Both the position numbers and the translations under genes were made by a program. The notes under the pieces are model-generated. The model was not told the DNA's origin, searched no databases, and was given only the letters and a program-made list of their open reading frames with translations. Shown here one piece after another: positions 1 to 10,845 of a stretch of DNA of 64,000 nt (the stretch's first letter is position 1; each line of letters opens with the position of its first letter). The DNA is from Klebsormidium nitens (taxonomy: Eukaryota > Plantae > Klebsormidiophyceae): NCBI GenBank assembly GCA_000708835.1, contig DF237090.1:93936-157935 (forward strand), in the 5' to 3' direction.

Positions 1-81
1 CTCAGCCTGACTGAGGCTTTGAGCATGCAAGCAGAAACTTGAAAGGTAAAGCCTGCAGAAGCAAGGCACAAGTTGGCGAGT

Positions 82-3000
82 ATGCAATTCTGGCAGAAGA
101 TCGTCAAACCTCCAAACTGCGTCTCCTCGTGGCGTCTCCCTGTAGGCGTTTTCGTACTCATCGCCTCCCTCAGCCTTCTTGCATATCATCAGACCGGCCC
201 CGCTATTCCCCCGATATTTTCTGGTGACTTTGTAGACTTCTCATCGCTGTTGTTCGCGTCCAACGATAGCAAGTCAGGATCCTCCTGCTCCTGCATTGCA
301 AAGGAAGTTTTGGTGGACGAAGCGGCCCTCTTCAGGGAGGCGTCGCGAGTCTCTAATTGCGCAGCCACCTGCACAGTGGACAAGGGAAAGTTGGCGCTCC
401 TGTTTCTGACGCGAGGCCCTCTGCCTATGGCTCCTCTTTGGGCTCGGTTTCTTGAAGTAAGAGCAGCTTGCTCAGATTGTGATCTTCTTACCCCGCATCC
501 AGATGTTTGTCAGCATCGAACCACAAGCAAAAAAACCATTCGCCCCTGAGCTTTGATTGCTGCCTCAACAACGATGTGTGCAATCCCTGAACATTCTGCG
601 AGTTGGTCCCTGAAATACTTATGATAAGCTCATGTTTCACTTGGAAAACCTGCCTTGGACGGGTGGGGTTCGTAAGGGATTTCAGTGTGGGCACAGGTAT
701 GAGGCAAAAGATTTCCGGATAGAGGGAATCAAGTTTCAGTTTTATTCTCATTGGACTTGCGCTTCTTATGAACATCCTGAGGGAACCTTTCTGCGATGAT
801 GATGGTGGTGGTGGTGTTGATGATAGTCATGGTGGTGGTGCAGAATGTAGTTGATTGAAATCTATAAAGTGGCACCATCAACCTTGCCTTGAAGGGCGGT
901 ATACCTTAAGGCTGACTCTGGTCTATCAACCTGGCGGCCGTTTGCATCAATGTAAATCCATCCTGTTGGTAAATGGAGGCAGTAATGCCTGATCCTTTCA
1001 TGGTGACTTGCAGGGGCACGAAGGGCTCTACTCCATATACATCCACCCAAAGCCTGGATATGAGTACTCTCAAAATGAATTTCAAGAAGCACAGCCGTTC
1101 ATTGGTCGCCAGGTTCCAAGCGAGGAGGTAAGCTTCAATGCACTTCTACACAGTGTCATGCCTCTATTAGGGAACAGAATGAACGGCCTGCTTGCTGGCG
1201 ACTTTAGTAGGCGAAAGGTGGACCTGCCCTTGACATATGGTGTCTCAGGATATTGCGAATCATTCGTTTTGTTGACTAGGCTGAATGTTGGCACAGGTCG
1301 GTTGGGCTGCCCTTTCCGAGCTTGATGCAGAGAGGCGACTTCTGGCCCGCGCGCTTCTCGATCCACTGAACCAGAGGTTTATGCTGGTCTCAGAATCGTA
1401 AGCTTTCTCAGCTAGCCCAATTGCTACGAGGATGCCTTTTGAGGACAAGAAACGACTCGTTGTGGACTTTACTCAGTAGAGACAAAGAGACGCGACACAC
1501 TTACTCATTCTAATTTTCCAAACTGCCTTCCTGGGTAGCTCATAGGACAGCCTTCTTTGTATAAACACTGTTCTAGCAGTTTTTCTTACCATATCGGAAA
1601 GGGCCGCCTCTAATGCAAGTACCTTTCTTTTCCTGTACTTTAATAGGACTCACCGCGCCATCTTTGGCATACATTTCAAATCTATTTTCGATTCAGTGGT
1701 TTCGCCTAGCTCTAAAGTCCAGGTTCACAATTCAAACTTACGACTGCAACTCTGCTCACAGATCCTCAGGGGACTTCTCAAAAGCTTGTGGTAGAGTCCC
1801 TGCACATTGACTTTCATTCGACTGCCATAAAGAGCCTTCCTTTGGTAAAGGGTGAGCAGCCAGAGACAAGCGCGTAGGGGCCATGCAACATTTCCGCGTC
1901 GCAGATCGGATCTCGATCAAAGCAGCTATACTACTGCGGGTTTCAGGGCATTAGATGAAGAGAAGACGAGCACATCTGAGCTAATCATGTAGGTGTCTCG
2001 TCCTTGTGCAGGTGCATACCCATCCGAAGCTTCGATTACACGTACTCTCAACTGATGAGTCAAGAGCTGACATTCCTGAACAGGTGCAATCTGACCCATA
2101 TGAACTCTCGATTTCGGGCCTTCTGGCTACCGTCAGTTCTTGTACTTTATGGTAGTGAGTTGCCTTGAACTGCTTTGTTCGCCACATACATATTTAAGGG
2201 ATCTTTGATTCTCAGTGCGTCCAATCTGAGTCCAAGCTATATAAGTTTGTGCCCTAGCTACCGCATGGTTGGACACCTTTGCTTGATCCCAAGCGCAGAA
2301 GCAATCCTCGTCACAGCATCCAAAGGTCGCTCCGAAAGTCTTCTTTATCTTAAGCTCGACGTAGATTCGTTCTGTTACCTCAGATGAAGCCTCGATCTGT
2401 ATTCGTTGTCCTACTTGCCGCTTACACCTGAAGCCTGGTCGTCCGGTTGCAGTTTTGACGAAGTGGACTGGTGGGCGGGTCGGGGCCGCTATGTCCCACA
2501 GATCTTCCTTCCCGAGGTCACCCTTGAACAGTGGAGGAAAGGCGCACAGGTAGCCCCGAACACAACTGCAGGACGCCTTGTTTCAGTTCACAAGCCGCTA
2601 TTTTGCCAGCGAACAAGCCGTCCTTTCTTCTTGTGACAAGTGTCAAACAGACATCGCACCACTTCTTTGACGTTGCCCGCTTTCCAACAAACTTTCGAAT
2701 GTAGGTATCCCATCATCTTAGTGAGACGGTGTATGAAAGTGACTGACAGCGTGGTTAAGGTACTAACAAGCGTCACGTGCGGATGCAGTGGTTCACAGCA
2801 ACCAGACACGATGCCAACCTCATTGTGGGTGATATAAAATATTACAGCAACTACGCTGCTTACTGCCAGGTATGCCATCCGATCGCTCTTGGATCCGCAG
2901 GCCAGTGCGCCATGGCGACTTTTGCACCTGGAATTTAAGTGGTCCTTCTGAGAACCGTCAGACCAGCGGTCCATTGTCACATGTCGGCTGCGTAGTCGTG

Positions 3001-4371
3001 CTTTTGTCGTTGCGCTCGACGGGTTCCGTCGCGCCAGATTCGTCGAAGATTATCTGTCTCACATAATGAATTTTATCAATCTAGGTGTGCCCTCGATCTC
3101 ACCATACATGCTCAGATTCAATCTGAAGACCTGCCAGATTGCAGGCCGCCTTGTATACTCCGAACACTGCAGCATAACCAAAGCTGGATTGTTTGTGGTG
3201 CTGATGACTGCCCAAGTATGTTATGAACGCTGGCGTGTTGCTCATTTTTCCATATCCGCTTTGCAGGCCGTCCCCTTGTGTTATCCTGCGGAGCACTACT
3301 TTCCAACACTGCTATATGTGAGTCGCCGCAGTCAGAAGCTCGTGGATTCCCATTCCATCCTCATCAACGGCCGAAAGGAACGGGCTAGTGTACCTGCCCA
3401 ACAAAGCGCCCTTGTTGGCAGCAGACGTCATAGGCAGATGGAGTTTGGATTATAATTATTGGCGCCCACTGTTGCTGTTTCCCAACGTACCTTGAGGGGC
3501 AGACGCGAATAATAAAAAAGTTTGCGGGCGAACCAATGTTGAACCACAGCAGCCAATCGGCCAGCAAGCGGAACGCCTCTTCTGCTCTCATCTTCGTTGT
3601 TCTTCGTGCCATGCAGTCAGATTTCAAAACCGTCCTGCAACCATTCGCTGGGCGATTCTTGACTGTGTCCTGGAGCTTGGCTTGCTCTTCGAACTGACGC
3701 CCTTCATCATGCGTCTTTGCTTAGATCGAACACGCGGAGGGGCTAGCCAACGAGACCATGACGTTCGTGGACTGGTCCCAGGGAGGGGCGCATCCCAAGA
3801 CCTTCTTTTCACAGGACCTGTCACCCGGCGTCATTCGGTTCATTCAAGTAAGCAAGTCGCACTGCGTCGATTCACGGCTCATACGATCAATTCAGGCCAG
3901 TTTGTCTCGGATTTCCGGGAGATTCTGTTGCACGTTCTTGCTCAGACCCTCCATTCCAATTTGCTAACGATAGGTTCATTTTTGCCACCCTCTTTGAGCA
4001 CGAAGCTTATTGAAAGAACGCAACCCTGAACCGCTTACTAAGACGGTCACTAACTTGAACACGTTGTGCTTTTTGAAGTAGCACGGCCGGGGCACGGCCC
4101 GACGCTTCAAAGTGGTGCCCGGTACGATTGAGCTGGGTTTTGGAAATTGATTCGCATCGATCCTTTGTGTTCTCCTTCGCAAACACCAGTGCTGCAAGAC
4201 AGAGTCCGGATCTGGTCTCGTCTTCGTATGCAGGGCCTTGTCGACTGCCCCCACACGGGCCGCACCTTGCAGCACGGGGCGGAGCGCCCTTGCTGGCTGA
4301 TCATGCGAAAGGTCGCTGCAGAAAGTCTCAACCATTTGCTGAGCCTCTCTCCAGATGTGCTTGGTTACTGA
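82..4371 (+). CDS. Core-2/I-branching beta-1,6-GlcNAc transferase family (GT14-like / DUF266 / BC10-like), multi-exon type II membrane glycosyltransferase
   Basis: Spliced exons give N-terminal TM (VGVFVLIASLSLLAY), KLALLFLTRGPLPMAPLWARFLE|GHEGLYSIYIHP, DAERRLLARALLDPLNQRFMLVSES|CIPIRSFDYTY, GRGRY...QWRKGAQ|WFTATRHDANLIV, CYPAEHYFPTLL, TFVDWSQGGAHP and CWLIMRKV, ending TGA at 4369-4371; GT-AG junctions. Confidence 0.9.
795..843. repeat. Imperfect (GAT/GGT)n microsatellite in intron 1
   Basis: gatgatgatggtggtggtggtgttgatgatagtcatggtggtggtg read directly. Confidence 0.75.
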
Positions 4372-4448
4372 ATGCTTATGCTTATGTTTATGTATCATAG
4401 AGATGCTCAGTACAGGACGAGTGGAGGTTTCGACCAGAGTTGATCCCT

Positions 4449-4510
4449 CGTCTTAATATCGCCGTCAATTTCTGCCCGCGTCTTAATATCGCCGTCAGTG
4501 TCTGCCCGCG
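4449..4510. repeat. 30-bp tandem duplication
   Basis: cgtcttaatatcgccgtca(att/gtg)tctgcccg occurs twice in tandem. Confidence 0.9.
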
Positions 4511-4643
4511 AGCACATTTTCTTTTCACTGACCATCAGCCAAGTCTTTCGACATGCTCAGGGCGCTCGCCGTCCCAGCAGCTACTCGCATGCATCTCAGC
4601 ACCAGCACATCTTTCACTTCAGGGTAAAGGTCAATCTGTCTTC

Positions 4644-4929
4644 CATGCCACGTTGGGCGCGTTTCAAGGTACATATGACTAACTACTTCCGACCGTGCCC
4701 AAGCTCGCTATCCATGGCGAATCGGAACAATTGCAGACTGCCACGAGTACCGCCGTGTACGTCACGGCCGGGCGCCAGACAGTATCTTAGTCTACTCGAA
4801 ATCGGCAGAAGTGTCAGATGCACTCTCTAACCAGGCAAACCGACCCGCTCATAGTTTTATCCGCACAATTGAATTGTGAAGCTCTCCTGCCGGCCGCAAA
4901 ATTGCGTGTGACTCGATTGGGGCCGGGCC
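4644..4929 (+). repeat. Dispersed ~270-285 bp repeat, copy 1
   Basis: Colinear with 14325-14590 (shared gtacatatgac.aactacttcc, atggcgaatcggaac, cagacagtatc, gaaatcggcagaagtgt, gacccgctcat, cctgccggccgcaaaattg, ttggggccgggcc), with small indels. Confidence 0.9.
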
Positions 4930-5382
4930 ATGGTACAAATCAACTTGGAACTTTTTCAACAGAGTCACTGCACTGATGCTGGCGTGTATATATATGGACG
5001 GATACGGGAGCGCACGGCGGAACTTGAGGCGCTCCTCCGGCCCTCAACAACACGATCGATGTGCATGCATCACTGTTCTATTGTTCGCATATACTCTACT
5101 TAACAGAACGTTAATCTGGCGGCCGAGCATCATGCCTCGACTAAGGGACCGTGACAGCATGATAAACGACTTTCTCGCCACTTCCTCACCCATACGATAT
5201 TGACAAGTTTGCCATGGAATCGAACGCCGCGTTTGGTCATAGCAACCGGTTGTACGGTTGCATAGTTGGTTGTATGGCAACTGCATGCACGTGGCGCTTA
5301 TTTGCCTAGCTGGTCCCAAGAAGAAATTACAGTCTATCATACCTCCTCCTCCCACAGGAGTCTGTTCAACAACGTAGATACG

Positions 5383-6349
5383 TCATGTTAGGTCCGGCTT
5401 GGACCAACCCTCGCCTGCTTCCTCCACATATTTACACAGCTTGGCAACAACATAGCTCCGGCTTGCTTGCTCTTGCTGCCACCTGTCCAATACCCCTACA
5501 TACCCCTCTTGCGAACCGAAACCTGAGTCAACCAAAGCAGCACTTCAGGGCAAATGATACAACCCTGCTTACTCAGGTCTCTGTTCGGGGACAAGTACCA
5601 AATCGATGCATGCGCAATAAGCGTTTTGAGAAGACCAACATTGGAATCATGATCATTGCACTAGTCTGGCCTTAGCTCTGAAGTTGCTCTGGCAGAGTCC
5701 TGACGACTTCTAGTACGCAATTGACCACAAAAGAAGGCAAATCGTACGAACAAGCACCATGTAATTCGATATCGCCCTTGTCCTCCTACCCGCACCTCAT
5801 AATGAATTTTGATCACAACCACTTGATTCGAACCAGAGACCCAGAGGAAGGTATTTCCTTCAACGTTAGCCAAGCCGGTCAGGCACGACTACCTGCCTTG
5901 ATGCTACTAAAGAAGCTTTGCGAGATATGTAGGTTTCAAAAAGGAAACCTGCCCACTGTTATTCAAAAGGGACCTACCGTGGGTAGAATCTTGCTTTGCC
6001 GCTCACCTTGGTCCACCTCAAGCAGTGCTGCTAACAACACCTCGGCCTCCTTCCCGTAGAACCGCTGCTTCCATATCCCGAACTCTCCCCGCGATGGAAA
6101 AGTCGTCTTCTGCGAGCAGCCATTCCACGAGTCCCATTTCGCCAGCACTGACGTCAGCATCTTGCGCAGGTTCTCTTCCACGAGCTCTTGACGGTATTGG
6201 CCCCGGTTGGGCAGCGTTGGTGTGGGGTCACGGTCGGTGCACAGTAGGATTGTGCGGCGCACGACGGCCTCCTTTCTGGTGCGATATCTGTAAGCGAAAA
6301 CGGCCCAGATAGCCGCAGTGGCAACGAATGCAAACAACGGGGCAGCCAC
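5383..6349 (-). CDS. Uncharacterised protein with N-terminal hydrophobic anchor; downstream exons tentative
   Basis: First exon MAAPLFAFVATAAIWAVFAYRYRTRK... (128-aa ORF with internal GT donors); probable further exons near 5797-5886 (LANVEGNTFLWVSG...IHYE|gtgcgg) and 5383-5482. Splice phases not fully resolved; no family recognised. Confidence 0.45.
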
Positions 6350-6953
6350 CGCCGCTGCGGTTCTTATGTTGGCCCCCCCTCCTGCAGATTAAAAGGCAGG
6401 ATTTGATTTTCAAAGATGCCGGTTATTCTTTATCTTAAGCTGAGAAATTGACATCGTCACTGCTCCATACACCTGCCACTTGCGACTGACACAAGACGGG
6501 AGCGTTCTGTGCTTTGCCCTCTTTGATTTTACAAAAACGTGGGCTAGCTAGCCCATGCAGACGTTGCAAGTTTAGCAAGCCTGGCCGCGCCGTACGTAGA
6601 CTCAACCCAATCAGCCACCAATAGCAGCCATGGATTTAGGAACACGCGCAACCAAGACTAAAGCTACTGCAGCCCTCCAGACTCTGGCGGAACTGACTTT
6701 CTAAGGTCTGATGCGAGCGGACACTCTAGTATACTTGTCAACGGATCAAGTAATATGGGGCTTGTGGGTATCGGGCATGCTAACGAAGTTCTTTGACGAG
6801 TGCACGTTCAATGACAGTCCGTTTAAGCTACGTTACACAGGAAAGCGAAAACAAAGAAAGAAAGGGCCGGTGTGTCCGTACCATCCAAGAGCCTGTTCTG
6901 TGTTAAGAGGTCGCATGAGCGGACGTGTTCAGAAAACAGAACCAACCAAAATG

Positions 6954-8560
6954 TCAAAGCTCACCACCCTTGTTTGAAGGAGGCGCCAGTGGAGCCACTG
7001 GTTGGGTGTTGCTAGGAGGCCCTTGAGACGGAGGGGGTTGCAGTGGGGACCCGGCTGGAGGAGGGTACGGAGCCACAGTTGAAGCGGCAGTCGGCATTGA
7101 GGAGGGAGGGGAGATGACAAGGGCTCCTGTTGTTACGAGTGGGCTTGGAGATAAACTTGGGACTACAGTTGGGGCCAAGGTAGGGGCGACCGTTGGGGAT
7201 AATGTGGGGACGACTGTTGGGGTTAAGTTAGGGGCGACCGTCGGGACAGGGGCACCAGTGGATAGGGCCGGAGGGTTCGCTTGAGAGGCCCCCGCGGCAT
7301 GTGAGCAACAGCCCGCCAGAGGTAAGCTCCCGCTGCATGTGACCGCTTCGTCGGAGTAGCCCGTGCACGCGCATAAGGCGGGGCTGCCCGCAGAGTTTGC
7401 ACACTGGATGGTGCAGCAGGCAACGAAGGGCTCTGCACTTCCGAAGGTGGTGGATGCACAGACGGCGGTGGAAATGGTGCTCTGAGTGGTGCCCCCAACC
7501 ACCACGTAATGACATGAGCCCGAGCTGCCTACAGCGACAAAGAGTCCGCTGTTGATCAAACCATATAAACTCTGATGTATGCCAGGGAAATTGGAGACTG
7601 CCCATGTGAAGATGGAAGAGAGCGGCAGAGAAAGCGAGCTCTAGCCCCTAAATATTACCCATTTGAACCAAGCGGCCCTGGCGGCCATTCAGCAGAAGTA
7701 AACTTCAAGAGGGAAGTGTCTGCGAACAGTTTGACATCTAAGGTAACTTGCGAATCAGAGGCAGTGGCAACTGCAGCAGGCGCTGTAATGGAGCGGCACC
7801 GCTCAAACAGGTAGACTAACATTCACTAGCATTGACTATTGGCTGGGCTTTGCAGGTCAGCATCTTTTACACCTTCCATGAATGCCAAACCTTGCCAATG
7901 AGAAGGCTCGAAGTTAGCACATGACTGCACAATGTGCCGACGATTTTCAGTTTATGAACGTAGGGGTGAATTCGGCTTCAGGTGGCCGTACCAGATTATA
8001 GCCAATGACATCTGCCCCCAAAGGACATGTCCCGTTTCAGCTGCTCATAGCGAATTCAATACCAGGCCATCAGACGTACTGATGAAATATAAAGAGAATC
8101 TGACAATCAAATCAAGCGGCGACAGCTGACCTGAAGCTTGCAGCAGGCGCCGGCGTTCCAAAGTCCTTCTCTTCACATTAGGTGCCACGTCCCTGCCCCA
8201 GCTTCTGCTGCCTGGCCCCCAGATGTTGAAACCAGGACCTTTGCCTTTCGATGGCGCTGTTAGATATGCAGACTGCAAACCCGGCTCAGATGGCAATGTG
8301 TGCCATGAGGGATCCCCTTGGCTGGATTCTGCATCCTCTGGCTGCACAATGTGTGGTGCGAGGCTGCCAACATCTATACCCCTTGTGTCAGCAGCTGTGC
8401 AGCTATACAGGAAGCTCAAGCTCACAGATATCAAAGTAGCTGCAGAGAAGGATGTGTGCAGCCAGCAGACCCTATGCTTCACCTCAAGGTCGAATGAATG
8501 CTTGCGGGCCTGCTTTGAAGCGCTGTCCCTGGCTCCTGAATACATCGGCCGAAGCTCCAT
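6954..8560 (-). CDS. Secreted Cys-rich protein with RRLLQ site and Pro/Thr/Ser-rich AGP-like tail
   Basis: Exon 1 has hydrophobic FSAATLISVSLSFLYSCTAA and ERRRLLQAS, donor G|gtcagc; phase-1 acceptor ctgtag|GC at 7528 continues into a multi-Cys domain (CHY..C..CC..C..C.C..C..CC), then 8-aa PTV(A/V)P(N/T/S)L repeats. A further 3' exon (GPI signal) near 6600-6680 is possible. Confidence 0.65.
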
Positions 8561-8949
8561 GTCACATGCAGAAAAGGGGCAAACTGGGTGCCGTCTTGTC
8601 TACCGGCGGTTGTTTTGTCAGCTGCACGCAGCCACTACCGCCGTACCGGTATTGGCACTGGAGCTGACTCGCGCGGCGTGCCAGCGGCACTGGCAGCGGC
8701 AGCACCGTCTTCTTTTCTTCCTGCTTTTCTTCATTCTTTGACAGTGAAGGCGGCAGCACTCGCTGATTGATCGGAGCCGATTTTTAACCGTGGACCACTG
8801 GTTGATGATATGATCCGCAGCAGATTTTGGCGAGATCTACCTGACTTACAATGGTTACATGGTTACATGCTTCGTCGTAATCCTCCACAGTACGGGAGAC
8901 TACCGTACTTGCAAGGCTTCCAAGCAGCGTTCGACACGGAGTTTTTATT

Positions 8950-9140
8950 CTGTCGGCTGGGAGCCGACAGTTCTCCGGTGAGTCGGCTGGACCTCTGAAC
9001 CGGTCGGCTTATGTCAGGCAAACACCTGAAATCCACCTCGATTCTGTCGGCTTTTCGGCCGACGCCCCTCGGTTGAGTCGGCCGGGTGGTAATTCCGTCG
9101 GCTGACGTTTGCCTGGTGTGACGGTCGGCTCGTGTCGAAC
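8950..9140. repeat. GTCGGC/GCCGAC motif-dense segment (possible transposon subterminal region)
   Basis: About ten GTCGGC/GCCGAC or near-identical hexamers in both orientations within ~190 bp. Confidence 0.4.
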
Positions 9141-9264
9141 ACTGCTTCCAAGTTCCAGGAGACATCCCGATCTCTAATGTCCACCGTACATTTCCGGCTG
9201 GATGATCATCTTGCCGATTCCTGCGCCAGCGGCCATCATTCACGTCTCCGTAAGGTAAGCCCGC

Positions 9265-9597
9265 TAGGGTTGGGTCGTACGGTCATACGCCGTAGGCGTA
9301 TGTATGTACATACATACGGAATATGCCGTATAATCAAAATGCCCTTCAGCGTATAAGGTTCTCCCAGCGTATATAGAGAGGGCTTGAGCCTTGCATTTTC
9401 AAAGATTATGGGGCAATTTTTGCCGTTTTAGCGCCTTTTTACCGTATTTTGTACGTATTTTGGCGTATTTAAATACAGGCCCTATACGGATGCATACGCA
9501 TACTGCGTAGAATTATACGGAATACGCTAACATACATAACATACGCTACGGCTACGGCATACAATTGGTCGAATATACGGCTATGGACCCAACCCTA
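9265..9597. mobile_element. MITE-like non-autonomous DNA transposon (hAT-like ends)
   Basis: Perfect 12-bp TIR TAGGGTTGGGTC...GACCCAACCCTA; interior packed with CCGTA/TACGG/CGTA motifs; no ORF; no TSD recognisable. Confidence 0.7.
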
Positions 9598-10075
9598 CCA
9601 CCGGCTCCGGTACTCCGGCCAGTACGGTACGGTACGGTACTCTCGGAATTTAATACCTATCATTAAATTCGTCGGCCGGCACTGCTGCCGCCGGCGGCAG
9701 CTGGTGCTGTGCTGATACATGTCAAGTTTACCATACCAACGCCCAAGGTTACGTTGCCCAAAACTAGCAACGATTTTCAAAATCTGCTGCGATTCGGCGA
9801 ATGACCCCCCCTTCCCCATCCGGACCAACATTGCCAGCGCTAGGTCTCTCGGGTGGAGGTCCCAGGCTCCAGCGTGTCACCGGCGGCCGGTCTGAGCCGA
9901 GGCCCGGCATCCGACCAGTAATCGGTGCTCCGCAAAGTGGCGCCGGTCGTACGTCGTGTGCGAGTTGCGCGGGCCAAAAAAGAGTACCCGGGAGCCACCC
10001 GGAGGCTTGCGTACCAGGCGCTTGAGTCTACCGCGGTACGTACTGCCGAATTTCGCCGGGCAGTAGTGTTTAGCG
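9598..10075. repeat. CCGG/GTAC-rich low-complexity segment abutting the MITE, probably another element remnant
   Basis: (GTACG)n run, repeated ccggc/gtac motifs, no convincing coding frame. Confidence 0.35.
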
Positions 10076-10120
10076 AAGACTTGCTCGGAATTATTCTGCC
10101 TTGAAATTATCGTCCCCCCC

Positions 10121-10138
10121 GCGGGAAAAATTGGCGCG
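10121..10138. promoter_or_regulatory. Paired E2F-consensus-like sites
   Basis: GCGGGAAA (reverse complement TTTCCCGC) followed 2 bp later by TTGGCGCG; motif match only. Confidence 0.3.
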
Positions 10139-10845
10139 CTGAGGGGCTAGCCTCAGACCGTCAGATGACATCCGCCATCAATCGGAGGGTTCCAGTGGGT
10201 CATGCTGACAAAAGCAGTGGCACGTCAGCTTATATCGAATGGTGACCAATTTTGGGCGTCGTAGTCGTAAACTTGATACCGGTACCTATATGTGCTGTGC
10301 AGTGTGCAGTGTGTTGTGATACTTTTTCGGGCAGCGGCCGGCAGCACGGAATCTTCCTGCTCAACTGGCCTACGCGTCCTACACCTCTGCCACTGCCAGT
10401 CTCCCCGCCGCCCACCGGGGCCACAGCTTTAGGACGCCGGCCGGAAATCGCAAAGACCATGTAGGTATTATTTTATTTTTGGGGCTAGGACGTCGACGTG
10501 AGGCAGGGACGTTTGTTGAGACGTGTGCACTGTGTCCACCTGCGAGCTCCAACAATGTTGCGTTGAGGAAGTGAGCATGCTTGGGCAGCTGCTGGGCGGC
10601 GACGCTTCAAGTGCATTGAAGCTCATGTACTGCCACTGGGAAATCAGAATGTTCTTACCCTATGACGAGGCCATGAGCATTAGCAGATGGTCGGGTAGCA
10701 AAGGTTGCCTTGAGCTAGCTTGACGGGGACATTTCAGGAGTCTGCTTGAACTTGCAAGTGATCAAAACCTGAGTGGAATCATGGAGGGGCTCTTTGAGCT
10801 GCGAGTCGATGTCTTGTTTAGGGCAGCTTTGTTACTTCTTGTCAG

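Noticed and set aside
4498-4830. Similar small ORFs in both copies of the dispersed repeat (MTNYF..MANRN..RQYxSLLEIGRSV)
   Set aside because: Frame-shifting indels between the copies scramble the middle of the peptide, so the similarity is nucleotide-level, not coding.
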